The position numbers and the translations under genes are program-made. Positions 8,201 to 17,700 of a stretch of 24,024 nt of DNA are shown here, piece by piece. Position 1 is the first letter of the stretch. Each line of letters begins with the position of its first letter. Under the pieces are notes generated by a model that saw nothing but the letters and a program-made list of their open reading frames with translations, made no database searches and had not been told where the DNA came from. Source of the DNA: a virus (taxonomy: Duplodnaviria > Caudoviricetes); the IMG/VR virus record IMGVR_UViG_3300044267_002438, positions 1-24,024 of that record. The stretch is one strand, 5' to 3'.

Positions 8201-10188
8201 GTCAGGGAATGGCAAGTAAGATTGCTGGAGATACATCTGCTTTAGATACTTCCCATTCAGCAAGAATGCAAGGGTTAGGGCAAGGATATACAGACGCTGA
8301 CAAAAGTCTTGCTGGTATTTATGGTGCTGGCAGAGGCACTTTGAAATCAAATTATGGTGATGCAGCTACGGAATCCGGTAAAAGATATGGAGGAAGACTT
8401 CAAGCTGGATTAGGAATGCTTAATCAGTTTGGTGCTGGAGCTAAATCCGATATTCTACAACGAATGGGCGACCAGCAAAAAGCAGGATTTGCAGATGTTG
8501 AAGCTGATGCAAACCGAAGAGGATTGGGAAATACTACAATTCGACAATCAGGAAGAGCTGGAATTCGTGACCGAGTAGCACGACAAAAAGAATCAGCACT
8601 TGGAAGGCTTGCTGATTCTGTTATTGATAGAAAAGCTGGAATGTTTTCTCAGCTTTCTGGAGATAGGGAACGAGCACTTGACGCAATTATTCAATCAGGA
8701 CTTGGTGCAAGAACCAATATGCTTGGAGCAGAGCTTGACGCTCGTCGTGGCTTTATGGGCCAAGGTTTGGCCGCAGGAGAACGTGCAGGAGCCGAAAGAT
8801 TAGCAGCTCTTGAGCGAGGGCAAGGAAGAGGTCAACAAGCTGCACAGCAAATCGGGTTGCAAGCCTTAGGAGCAAAAGATGTCGGAGACCGTGCTCGCAT
8901 GGGTGCTGACCAAGCAATGGCTTCTCAAGGATTAGCTGGACAGCTTAGCCAATTAGGGCAAGGGTTTGGTGCGCAGGCCAATGCTTTAAGTCAGGGATTC
9001 GGAGCACAGGCTAATCTTACAGGACAGGGCCTTGGCGACCTTGGTGCTGGATTGAGACAGCTTCAAAGTTCTGATGCAGCATTAACTGGTCAGCAACTTA
9101 GTAGCTTAGATAATATGTTGGCCTCAATTACAGGAAGGGACGCAGCTCTCGGGGAATCTGGTATTGGTGCTTTTGAAAGAGGTGGACAGCGAATAGGTTC
9201 CGCCGGAGAAGAACTAGCGAGATTCAAAGAACGAAGAGAAGACCAATATCCTTCACTTTCAGAAATGTTCGGACTTCTTAGAGACTGGGGAGCTGCCGGT
9301 GGTGGTGCAAACCCACTTGGAATGTTTGGTGGCGGCTGGCCCGGAGGAGGGCAAGGCGGCGGAGGAGGGGGAGGTTTCCCTTTCCCTTTGCCAAACCCTA
9401 ATCCCAACCCTGAGGACGAAGAAGGTGATGAAGAAGGCGACGAAGAAGGCGACGAAGAAGACAAGCCTAATCCTAACCCTAATCCTAACCCTAATCCCAA
9501 TCCTAACCCTAACCCTAACCCCAACCCCAACCCCAACCCTAATCCTAATCCCAATCCTAATCCCAATCCTAATCCTAACCCTAATCCTAATCCGGATGAT
9601 GAGGACAGCCCCGGAGACAATCCTAATCCTAATCCTAATCCTAACCCTAACCCCAATCCTCCGTATAATCCGGGTGATAGAAATCCACCACCTTGGTGGC
9701 CTCCATACGTACCTTGGCCTCCAGAAGAAGACACTCTTCCAGATAAGCGACCACCTTGGTGGCCGCCAAATGAACCATGGCCTCCTATAACTACAGAAGA
9801 CCTTCCTGATGAAGAAGATGAGGAAGATGCAGAAGAGGAATTGGATGAAGAGATAGAGGAAGAGATTGATAATGAAGAACATCTTCCGGTAGAAGATGTT
9901 GAATTTGAAGATGTAACAGGGGAAGAACCTACAATATTAAATCCTACAGAAGAGGAAATTATTGAAGGGGATGTATACGGAATGATGCAGAATGAACAAA
10001 GAGAAGCTGCTAAAAATCGTATTAAACAAGACCAGCAAGCTGGTATTTGGCCTCAAGGTATGAGTGCTCTTAAAATTCAAAATCTAATAGACCAAGGATA
10101 TTTTTCTTGGGACACTGTTCCTCCGTTAGAGAGATTGAAGAGTACAAAGAAAAGCAGAATATCGCCTATGGGTGCTAATCAAGCGTAA
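5251..10188 (+). CDS. Large putative DNA-ejection/pilot protein (1645 aa) with hendecad helical arrays and low-complexity repeats
   Basis: K-rich N-terminal ~600 aa, P/G linker, G/A/Q-rich helical core with 11-residue periodicity around an ANRRGLGNTT motif, then NP, PPWWPP and acidic tail. Lies downstream of the nozzle gene. Confidence 0.7.
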   Translation: MALSKAQKELEKAVAGKSWADVSSKWTKGLDKDPTWKKILNKAVANKDGKLYFYYGEGRGEGMLSPIKTIKQLYGGFKGKMKDEYVKNLLSEHSGAKAFKERGAHYYGAGMSGHNRNPEIEGSFHDPRDFFDAGGKALQKDKKHEGPNITMEGRSQNFNKMKGGLPENWREGATNIGEYRWVKDGVYITKGKDGKYQAQDPQGKVSKNLDLKGETWKKDAGFKYSRLNPNRESSRSRFRNLTGFDKHQTPEWQKKAKIDAHKKIESRKANTTDGQKMFDVQGRGTLYKQKNGEYAFISKDAKTGKTKRDYVNPAIFDVYEKQNQRKEKKASEKLEADKTRMQQRLDFIKSGGGDINSPQYKNVRDDWEKLHGKKFPAQQSELKKEPDMSPYIKKKPKTNQQQTSIGKMEVRLQNRKREEVDTYRRGNNLYYKDPNNGREIRIAHGGDAKGLDSIIRNFKRSGRLKTGEVKSAAEKAETKKRLEQGVGVVQSAANKRKLDAQMEAAKEKPSVKAAEAKLQQDKDDIAYKSGQKNFPKTIDGIREFGEFGKRQGWSKEKIGMEVYRASKDLMPERRPDWQSDLNKVLDTFGGRNLSTVKDDKPQQQQQQQKPQSALANMRDTVAPGKSIRPDANVTRPPAENAGANQAGRPQGLSPAPVNKPEPQGMLPPPAPPAEDAVSQRPPVQIGLPGLGGGGGLPGQPGGVGAILPPPAGGSGSGQGGGQGGGQGGGQGGGQGGGQGGFYGDTTGEYFDEGFDTGGLGGGMSDMGGAMGMHGFLPSGGYSGASGPNNESWWNPVSGLPGGGNYTGKRVPWGKAEWQMDADADANYTGPRSLLEWVMQEYQQAHDAGKQANLERYEEIVGDREGLIADARQDRSDIGDQYSDLRKGAVKRGEADVVTSQGAYGAGRKGIEDRGQGRLRGLMQGYQSGRQDLAGQTNQNLGTLAGLSGANVAQMGGLADTAREGVTDRYAKDQAALQQGYGGFGQGMASKIAGDTSALDTSHSARMQGLGQGYTDADKSLAGIYGAGRGTLKSNYGDAATESGKRYGGRLQAGLGMLNQFGAGAKSDILQRMGDQQKAGFADVEADANRRGLGNTTIRQSGRAGIRDRVARQKESALGRLADSVIDRKAGMFSQLSGDRERALDAIIQSGLGARTNMLGAELDARRGFMGQGLAAGERAGAERLAALERGQGRGQQAAQQIGLQALGAKDVGDRARMGADQAMASQGLAGQLSQLGQGFGAQANALSQGFGAQANLTGQGLGDLGAGLRQLQSSDAALTGQQLSSLDNMLASITGRDAALGESGIGAFERGGQRIGSAGEELARFKERREDQYPSLSEMFGLLRDWGAAGGGANPLGMFGGGWPGGGQGGGGGGGFPFPLPNPNPNPEDEEGDEEGDEEGDEEDKPNPNPNPNPNPNPNPNPNPNPNPNPNPNPNPNPNPNPNPNPNPDDEDSPGDNPNPNPNPNPNPNPPYNPGDRNPPPWWPPYVPWPPEEDTLPDKRPPWWPPNEPWPPITTEDLPDEEDEEDAEEELDEEIEEEIDNEEHLPVEDVEFEDVTGEEPTILNPTEEEIIEGDVYGMMQNEQREAAKNRIKQDQQAGIWPQGMSALKIQNLIDQGYFSWDTVPPLERLKSTKKSRISPMGANQA
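7399..7470 (+). repeat. 12-bp tandem repeat x6 encoding (GQGG)6
   Basis: Consensus GGTCARGGAGGC read directly; in frame in the 1645-aa ORF. Confidence 0.95.
9394..9660 (+). repeat. Hexamer AAYCCN tracts encoding (NP)3, (NP)21 and (NP)7, separated by acidic spacers including (GDEE)3
   Basis: (NP)3 at 9394-9411, (NP)21 at 9469-9594 and (NP)7 at 9619-9660, with mixed synonymous codons. Confidence 0.95.
9688..9786 (+). repeat. Two copies, 63 nt apart, encoding PPWWPPxxPWPP
   Basis: CCACCTTGGTGGCC occurs at 9688 and 9751. Confidence 0.9.
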
Positions 10189-10199
10189 GGAATTAATAA

Positions 10200-11702
10200 A
10201 TGGGAATTGTTGTATCTCATCAACCCGCCGTAGCTGCGCCGGGCCTAATGGCTGCTCGTACTGGTCAGCTTGAGTATAGAAACCAAAGGCGGCGTGAGCT
10301 TGAAGCATTAGCTATGCAGCAGGCTGAAATGGCTCAACGTGCGCGGATGCAGCGAGAAAGCATTGCTGCTGGGTTTCAGCGGCAAAACATGGCTCACATG
10401 CAAAACATGCAGAACAATGCTTGGCAGCAGCATTGGCAGCAGGGGCGTGATGCTAGGCTTCATCAAAACCAAGTTGCACTTAACCAGCAAGATTTTGTAG
10501 AGAGACAGCAGATTCTCGACCAAGGTTTTCAAAACAATAAGCAGCTTAAAGAATTTGATAATCAATTAAGAATAGATGCTGGTGACCATAGAGCGCAGCA
10601 AGACCAGCTCATTCAATCTCAGCATGATTTTCATCAAGCTCGTCTAAAGAACTTAAGCCCTCAAGCACAAGCTCTATACAAAGAAGAACTTAATAATTTC
10701 CATTCAACTAAAATGGAAGTCCCTGAACAAGAGCACGGTCAGCTACAAGAACAAAGCAATAAGATTCTTGAAGACATATATACCAACCCTGCTAACCAAG
10801 TTGACAAAAGTAATGACCCCGGTTACAGAACACCTAATGGTTTTGAAGATGGAATAGATTTAATCAACGGTGATAATCCCGGTCAAAAGATTCCAATCTT
10901 TAACGGAACAATTAAAAATCCTGAGTACAACCCACAAGCTCCACCAGACCCTATTGCTAATCCTGAAAGAATTGAAGTTAGCATTCCTGACTATGAAGAG
11001 CAAAGTAAAAAACCAATTCTTGATGCAAGCGGACACCAGATAGGTCATACGCAAATAAAGGTTGACCCCCTTACGGGTAAAGCAGAAACAATTAGGGTTG
11101 TTGGAGAAGAAGGTGGCTATTTAACAGAAGCTCAAAGACAAGAGAATCGCAAGGTTTATCAAGACTCCATGCAGACCTACTTGGAGAACTTAGAAAAAAT
11201 TATGCAGTTACCGCTCGACAAGTTCGAACGAAAAAAATTAAAGGATGCCCTGCACAAACCTGTGCTGGAAGAGAGCGAAGATTTTCAAGCGCAAAAAGCA
11301 CGCAACAATATAACAAACGAAGAAGAGCAACAACTGCTCACTCCCGCAGAACGTGAAGACGCAGCTATTAGAGAGCAAGAAGAAGCTCAAAGGCTAGACC
11401 GAGTAGAAGCGGAAGAGCGTAGATTAGGATTGGATAAACCTCCCAACATAAACGACCTACTACCTACCCTAACACCTGAAAATGAAGACGAGATTCTAAA
11501 CAATGCACAAGAAGGTGACATGGTAAATATCACCGATGAAGATGGCAATGAGTTAGTAATGAAAAAGACTAGTCCTGAAAATCAAAAAAAGAATCAACAA
11601 GTAGTTCTTATGAAATCTTCAGACATTGACAGACAAGTTCAAGAAGAGATAAACAGGAAGTACCCAATTCCAGAGCCGTACAAACCCGGAGGGGGATATT
11701 AA
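10200..11702 (+). CDS. Putative ejected/internal virion protein (500 aa) with a Gln-rich coiled-coil N-terminus
   Basis: AAGGA RBS; Q/N/H-rich helical residues ~25-200 and an acidic C-half; located between two other ejection-type genes. Confidence 0.65.
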   Translation: MGIVVSHQPAVAAPGLMAARTGQLEYRNQRRRELEALAMQQAEMAQRARMQRESIAAGFQRQNMAHMQNMQNNAWQQHWQQGRDARLHQNQVALNQQDFVERQQILDQGFQNNKQLKEFDNQLRIDAGDHRAQQDQLIQSQHDFHQARLKNLSPQAQALYKEELNNFHSTKMEVPEQEHGQLQEQSNKILEDIYTNPANQVDKSNDPGYRTPNGFEDGIDLINGDNPGQKIPIFNGTIKNPEYNPQAPPDPIANPERIEVSIPDYEEQSKKPILDASGHQIGHTQIKVDPLTGKAETIRVVGEEGGYLTEAQRQENRKVYQDSMQTYLENLEKIMQLPLDKFERKKLKDALHKPVLEESEDFQAQKARNNITNEEEQQLLTPAEREDAAIREQEEAQRLDRVEAEERRLGLDKPPNINDLLPTLTPENEDEILNNAQEGDMVNITDEDGNELVMKKTSPENQKKNQQVVLMKSSDIDRQVQEEINRKYPIPEPYKPGGGY

Positions 11703-11707
11703 TCAGC

Positions 11708-14700
11708 ATGGTAGACCCAATTAAATTCTATCCTTCTGCTGACCCTGAAGAAGAAAAGCGTAACGAAGAAACAAATTCACTTTATTACGAAGCTCGTGAA
11801 AAAGATTGGATTAGTGGTGCTACAAATCTTCAGGATGATTCTTACACAAAGCTCTCGAAAGAGAGAAGGATAGAACTGTGGAACAAGGGACTAAGGCCAA
11901 CTGGCAAAGTATGGGAAGCTAGATTTGGTACCGACGATTGGGGCATGAAGAATGCTTTTGTGGATTACGGTTCCGCCGGAGATTTTAGATTTTCTAAAAA
12001 CGAAAAACCAAGAGAGCAGTGGACTGAACAAGAGCATGAGGACGAAAAGAGAGCACAGTCATTTGCGATGCAAGGTGGGGCAAAACAAAAGCCCCTTCCC
12101 TACACCGACAAGTATTTATCTCCCGGTGAGAAAATAACAGAAACTGTCAAGATGCTTAAAGAAGAAGGCCCTGAAGCCTTAGGCAAGGGTTCAGGTTCTG
12201 ACTTAGTAGAAGGCTTTTTGTCTAGGACGCCTATAGCCGGGGGCCTTGTGGATGGCATAAGGCTTTACCATGTTTGGGAATCATCAGAAAAAATAAAGAA
12301 CAATAAGGCTACAAACGTAGACTACTCAATAGTTAGTAGGTATCTTGCGCGCGAAGAATTTGATGCCGAAGATGATATGACTCAAAAGGTTTTCAGGAAC
12401 GTAACCCGCTTACCTGCTTTTGGTGCTGAAGTTTTTTTAAGTGGTGGTCTATACACTGGAATCAAAGAAGGACTGAAAAAGGGTGGGAAGGAAGCGGCGG
12501 AATATGCTATTAAAAAGGGCGTTAAAGAAGGTGTTGAGCAGTCAGCAAAAAAAGGAATTAAATCACGAGTTGGAACTGCTGTAAAAGAAATTGCTAAAGA
12601 GTCTGCGGTTCACGCAGGAACTGTGGGTGCCCCTAGAACTTTTGAAAGTGCTTTAAGGGAAAGTGTTAACGTAGAACAAACCACAGAAGGGTATGCTGTT
12701 TCCCCTAAAAATAGCTGGGCGTTAAATCTTCCAGAAGCATACTTGAGACAAATGACAGAGTATGCTGTTGAAAAAGGATTTCTTGTTCCCGGTAAGGGAG
12801 GAGCAGGCAAAATAAAAGACCTCAGTAAGCTAGAAGGGACAGGTCTATTTAAGAACATACAAAGAGGAATTGCTAATCTTGACAATAAGCTGTCCCCCAC
12901 TCTCCGCCAGATGGGTATAGGTGGCATTGGTGAAGAGATAATGGAAGAACGGGTTAATGAAATTGTTCAGCCATTAATATCTATGGTGTTCTTTGACCCT
13001 GAAGATGCAGTCCAGCAAACAGGTTTGACGGGAGACCTGACAACCGAAGCACTTGTGCAGGCGGGCTTGCGAGAGTTGTCACCTGAAGAAAACAGTTCTC
13101 GCCGTGAACGCATAACAGAACAAGGTCTATCTGAGCTTATTGGTCTCGGGTTAATGTCTGGAGCTGGCAAGCTAACAAAACTGGGGAAAGAATCTGACCA
13201 AAGAATAATCGAAACTAAAGAATTTAAAGAAGCTGTAGAAAAAGACAGAGCAGAAATACAGGCTAGCACTAATGAACAAATCGTTGAATCCCTTGACAGG
13301 ATTGATGGCTTTGCAGAGTTTATTGATATTGCAAGGCTTGAACAAAAGTTAGAAAAAACAGAAGACTTAGATGAACAAGAAAGAATTGAGGACGCTCTTG
13401 CGAAAAGGAAAGCCCAGTATTTTACACAAACAAGACTGGGTAATGAAAGAAGAAAGTCGGCTAGGGATGAATTAAAGGCTCGTGGTGTAGGACAAAACAA
13501 CAAAGGTGAATTGGTACCAGAGAATGAACTGCAAATAAATGCAGACTTAGCTGCTGGTATAGAAACAGATGTCGAACAAGAAGTCCCTCAGCCTGAAGAA
13601 GGTGAGTTCACTCTTGACCAATTGCAACAGATGGGACAAGAGGGAGTGCAACAGCCTGAGGTTGATACTACAGCCGAACAGGAAGTAGTAGAGCAAACAG
13701 AAGAACAGCCTATAGAAACTACTGAAGCTGAAGTTCCACAGCTTTCTGAAGAAGAGAAAGAAGTTAAGGCACAAGACCCTATTGAGCGTATTGAAGTCGA
13801 TGAAGATTACGCCAATGATTTGTCTGACCAAATTGATGAGATAGAAGCCAAGGGCGATGTCACCTCTCGTTCTGCCGGGAAGAAACTTAATAACTTCTTT
13901 ATGGGGCATGGCATTGACCCCAAGCAGTTCAAGTCTAAAGAAGCACGTAAGCAATTTATTGAGCAAGCCAAAGAGAAAATAAAACTTAGCAAGCCAAAAG
14001 CAGAAGCTGCCCCTAAAGTCAAAGCACAAGAACCAGAGGCTGGGCCTGAAGTTGAAATTGACCATAGAGGCAGGAAACTAAGCCCTGAAGCAGAAACACA
14101 AGAAACAGAAATTGACCATAGAGGTAGGAAACTAGACCCTAAAGTAGAAGCACAAAAACCAGAGGCTGAAGTACCAACTAAACCTGAGCCGACTGAGACT
14201 CCTAAAAAAGAAACAGCCAAAGAAACATCCGAAGAAACGTATGACCAATCGGAAGCTGAGTACCAAGCAGGGGTAAGGGGTAGAGTTCAAGCTGCTGAGC
14301 GTGGGCTTAAACTTTATCAGGAGACTTACGACAAGAGACTAGCAGAAGGCAAGACTCCTCGCCAACTTAGTCATCAAAAACGTCTAATCAATCAAGCCAA
14401 AAAAGAATTGCAAGAGGCACAGGCAGAGCTTGCAAAATCGCTGGAATCTAAAAAACCTGAGCCGACTGAGACGACTAAACCTAAGTCAACGCCCAAGACT
14501 AAGACACCTGAAGAATTCCAGTCTCAAGACTATGAGGCTATGGGATTAAAAGACTTAGAGAAATCAATTCAGAAGCTAGGTCAGCAGCGAGATTCAATGC
14601 CCGAAGGCCCAGCCCAACTTGCTGTGCAGGACGAGTTAGACAAAGCCGCAGAGATTTACAACGCTAAGGCCAGCGGAGCCGCAACCAAAAAGACTACGCC

Positions 14701-17700
14701 AGTACCAAAGACTGACGCTAAAGAGGGTGCTCCAGAAATCAAAAGCAAGGTTAAGAAAGACCTTACGCCCGACCTGCCTAAGACAAGAAAAGAAGCTACT
14801 AAACAGATAAAAGACTTAAAGAAGTTTATTGACTCTGAAATGGTTGAAGCTCTTAAGTTGCCAGAAGATGAAATGGGAGCTGCCATTGATAAAGTAATGG
14901 CACAAAAGAAAAAGCTGAAGGAACTTGAAGACCATCGTGAAAGTCTTGATAGCGATGAGAGACCAGACAAAGTAAAGAAAAAGAAGCGAGACCCTAAGAG
15001 GGGAGACCCTGTTAAGAAAGAACCTGAAGTTGTTGTGCCTGAAGGTCTCACTAAGAAAGGGGCTTATTACTACACAGAGGAGGAGGGTGATTCTCCTGTG
15101 TCGCTTGTCAAAGTAAATGGCAAACCTACTTATGTAACTTCGTTGGTAGACTCCAAGGGCCAGAAGCAATGGTACGTTTACGACAATGCCGAAAGCCAAT
15201 CCGCTGCAACTGGTGGCCGGGGTGCAGCTACGCGCAAAAAACTTGTTGAACAATTAGAGAAGAAAGAAACCGAGGATATAGAACAAGGGGAAAGAGTTAA
15301 GGGGCAAGCTGACAGAATTGAGAAAGAATCAAAAGAAGAGACAGACAGCTTACGTAAGCAAGAAGCGGAAAAAGAAATTAAGTCAATGCTTAAAGATGAA
15401 CTTGGCATGACACTTTCATACAACAAGAAAAACAAGACCTACAAAATAACATCCATTGCCGCTAAGAAACAAAAGCCAAATGCACAATATGAATTTAAGA
15501 ACGCAGCAGCAAGAAAAAGAAATAGTATTCAAATAAACGAACCGTTACTTGAAGAGGGCGAACACCCCCTTGATGCTGTTCACCGATGGGGTAAAGCAGT
15601 AGAGCCTTTTTTGCAGCCTCGACCAAATGCTTCAGAACAAACATTAGACATTAAACAACCAGAGGAAATGGTTGAATGGAACACAGGACGAACTACAGAT
15701 ACTGTTATAGGTGCTGCTAAAAGAATTTATATAACAACTCTTATGAAGCAAGGGTATAGCATTGATGCAGCCGAAAAAGCTGCTGAAGAGATTGACACTG
15801 ACGCCTTGGAACGTTCAGCTAGAGAAGCTGTCACTAGTGCAAACTGGGAAAAAATAGCGTCAATGGGTGCCATTGAAAGTCAGGTAGTCGCTATACCTGA
15901 TGTCATGATGGAGCAGATGGCAGAAGGAAGGTTTGGAAGAACTGACCTTCAGAGAATCAAGTCAGACCCTAAACACATTGAAGCTGCTGCAATGAATGAG
16001 GCTATTGATATAAGCGAATTTTATCACGCTTCTGACTTGATTCTTGAGGCGTTATATGAAGCTCGTGCGTTACATCATCTTGCAAGAGCAAATAACTTTG
16101 AAGCATTGATGGGTGAGACTGGAAGTGTAACTCCAGAAAAAGCAAAGGTTTTAGAAGGCAAGGACGTAGAGAAACAAAGGAAGATAGGTCGGGAGCATAG
16201 ACAAATAAACACTATGTTCTTTGACCCAATGAATAAAAGATTAATTTCTTCTGATGGTCAGTTTGTTTTACAGTGGGAATATGACAAAGGTTCTGTAGTT
16301 GGTAAAGTTCGCATTGCTCCTCCTGTGACAGGGCCAACTGCTAGACGACCTGTTACATTCTATGAGCCTCACGCTCTTCAATACACATTTGAACAGATAC
16401 GAGCTACGGAATGGGAGAACATTCCCGTATCAACTGACCAAGCAAACTTTAGTGGAATACTTGTTGATGATATTAAAAAAGCTAAGGATGAATACGTTCG
16501 CTGGTTAAAGCATGTACTTGGCAAACGAATGGATGAGTCACCTAATGACATACGTCGAGCTTTGCCTTGGGGCGTTCTTAACCAAGAAGGGTTGGAAGAT
16601 TATTTCAAAGATGTAATCAAAGCGTTTAAGAAAGAACGAAAGCAAAAGTTTGGTACGGAACTTCCACCATCTGAAGACATGTCAATGATGGATGGTGGGT
16701 ATCTGTTCTCTCCTGCAAACAGGACTTCTGATGGTATTAAAGGGCGAAAGAAACGATTGGTATTAAAGGCCATAAAGAAAATGGCTCGGGGCCGAAAGGT
16801 TACTGAAACTCCTTATGGTTTTAAGTTTGCAGTGCGTGGTGGAGGAGAGGTGCACATTGCTTTTAGGGGGAAAGAAAATCTACCTGTTCCAACTAGAGCG
16901 CGAATGGAGGACTACGACAGAACAGAAGCTGATAAAGAATTTGCGGCAGGCAAACCTGCGGCGGGTGTTTACTATAGCCCCAAGAATGAAGACCAAACAT
17001 ACGGGATTAACGAACTTGGAATGATTGTCATTAATTCAGATGAGGTAAACAAATGGGGAAGCAATTCTGCAATTCGGACAATGCTGCACGAGCTGGTTCA
17101 CTTAGCTGAATTTACCGGGTTTATATCTTCAGATTTAAGAAGAGACTTAAAGGCATTAGCCAAGAAGAGAGGACAGAAAGGTTCTGACTTAGAATCACTG
17201 ACTCAATTAATTGAAAACGAATTTGACAGAAGGGAAAGTCAAGGTGTAATCAAAAGGGTAGTTCAGGCTTTTAAGGATATGATTAATAATTTCTTAGATG
17301 CACTGGGGTATTCTAAGAAAGATGTTGATTATCTGTACAGGCAATTGACTTCCGGCAAGTTGTTTGAAGTAGACCCATCTAAAAGAGCTGATAGGCTTAG
17401 GCGACCAGACTCTATTATGCAAAGTTTCGGACAGACTCTAGCAATGTCTGCAAGCAGAGACACAGGTGTTCTTCCTGAGACTGTAGTGCGTGACAAGGAT
17501 GGTAATCCTAAACTACTTTTACACGGCACCCCCAACCGGTTTGTGCAGTTCGACAAGAAGAAGGTTGGCTCCAACACTGGGATGATAGACACCCAACAGG
17601 GAAGTGCGTTTTTCTTTACCGACAGTGAGTCAACTGCACGGATGGTAGGACGTTCGTTCGACTGGTTTCGACTTGCGGATAAAAAAGCTAGCTTACTAAA

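Noticed and set aside
9469-9594. CCCTAA/CCCCAA telomere-like repeats as a sign of a eukaryotic telomere or contamination
   Set aside because: The tract is internal, degenerate and in frame within a long phage ORF that continues on both sides.
9090-9882. Minus-strand and alternate-frame ORFs with (GL)n, (RI/RV)n and (LI/LT)n repeats
   Set aside because: Shadows of the stop-free NP hexamer repeat. Third-position variation is synonymous only in the NP frame of the 1645-aa gene.
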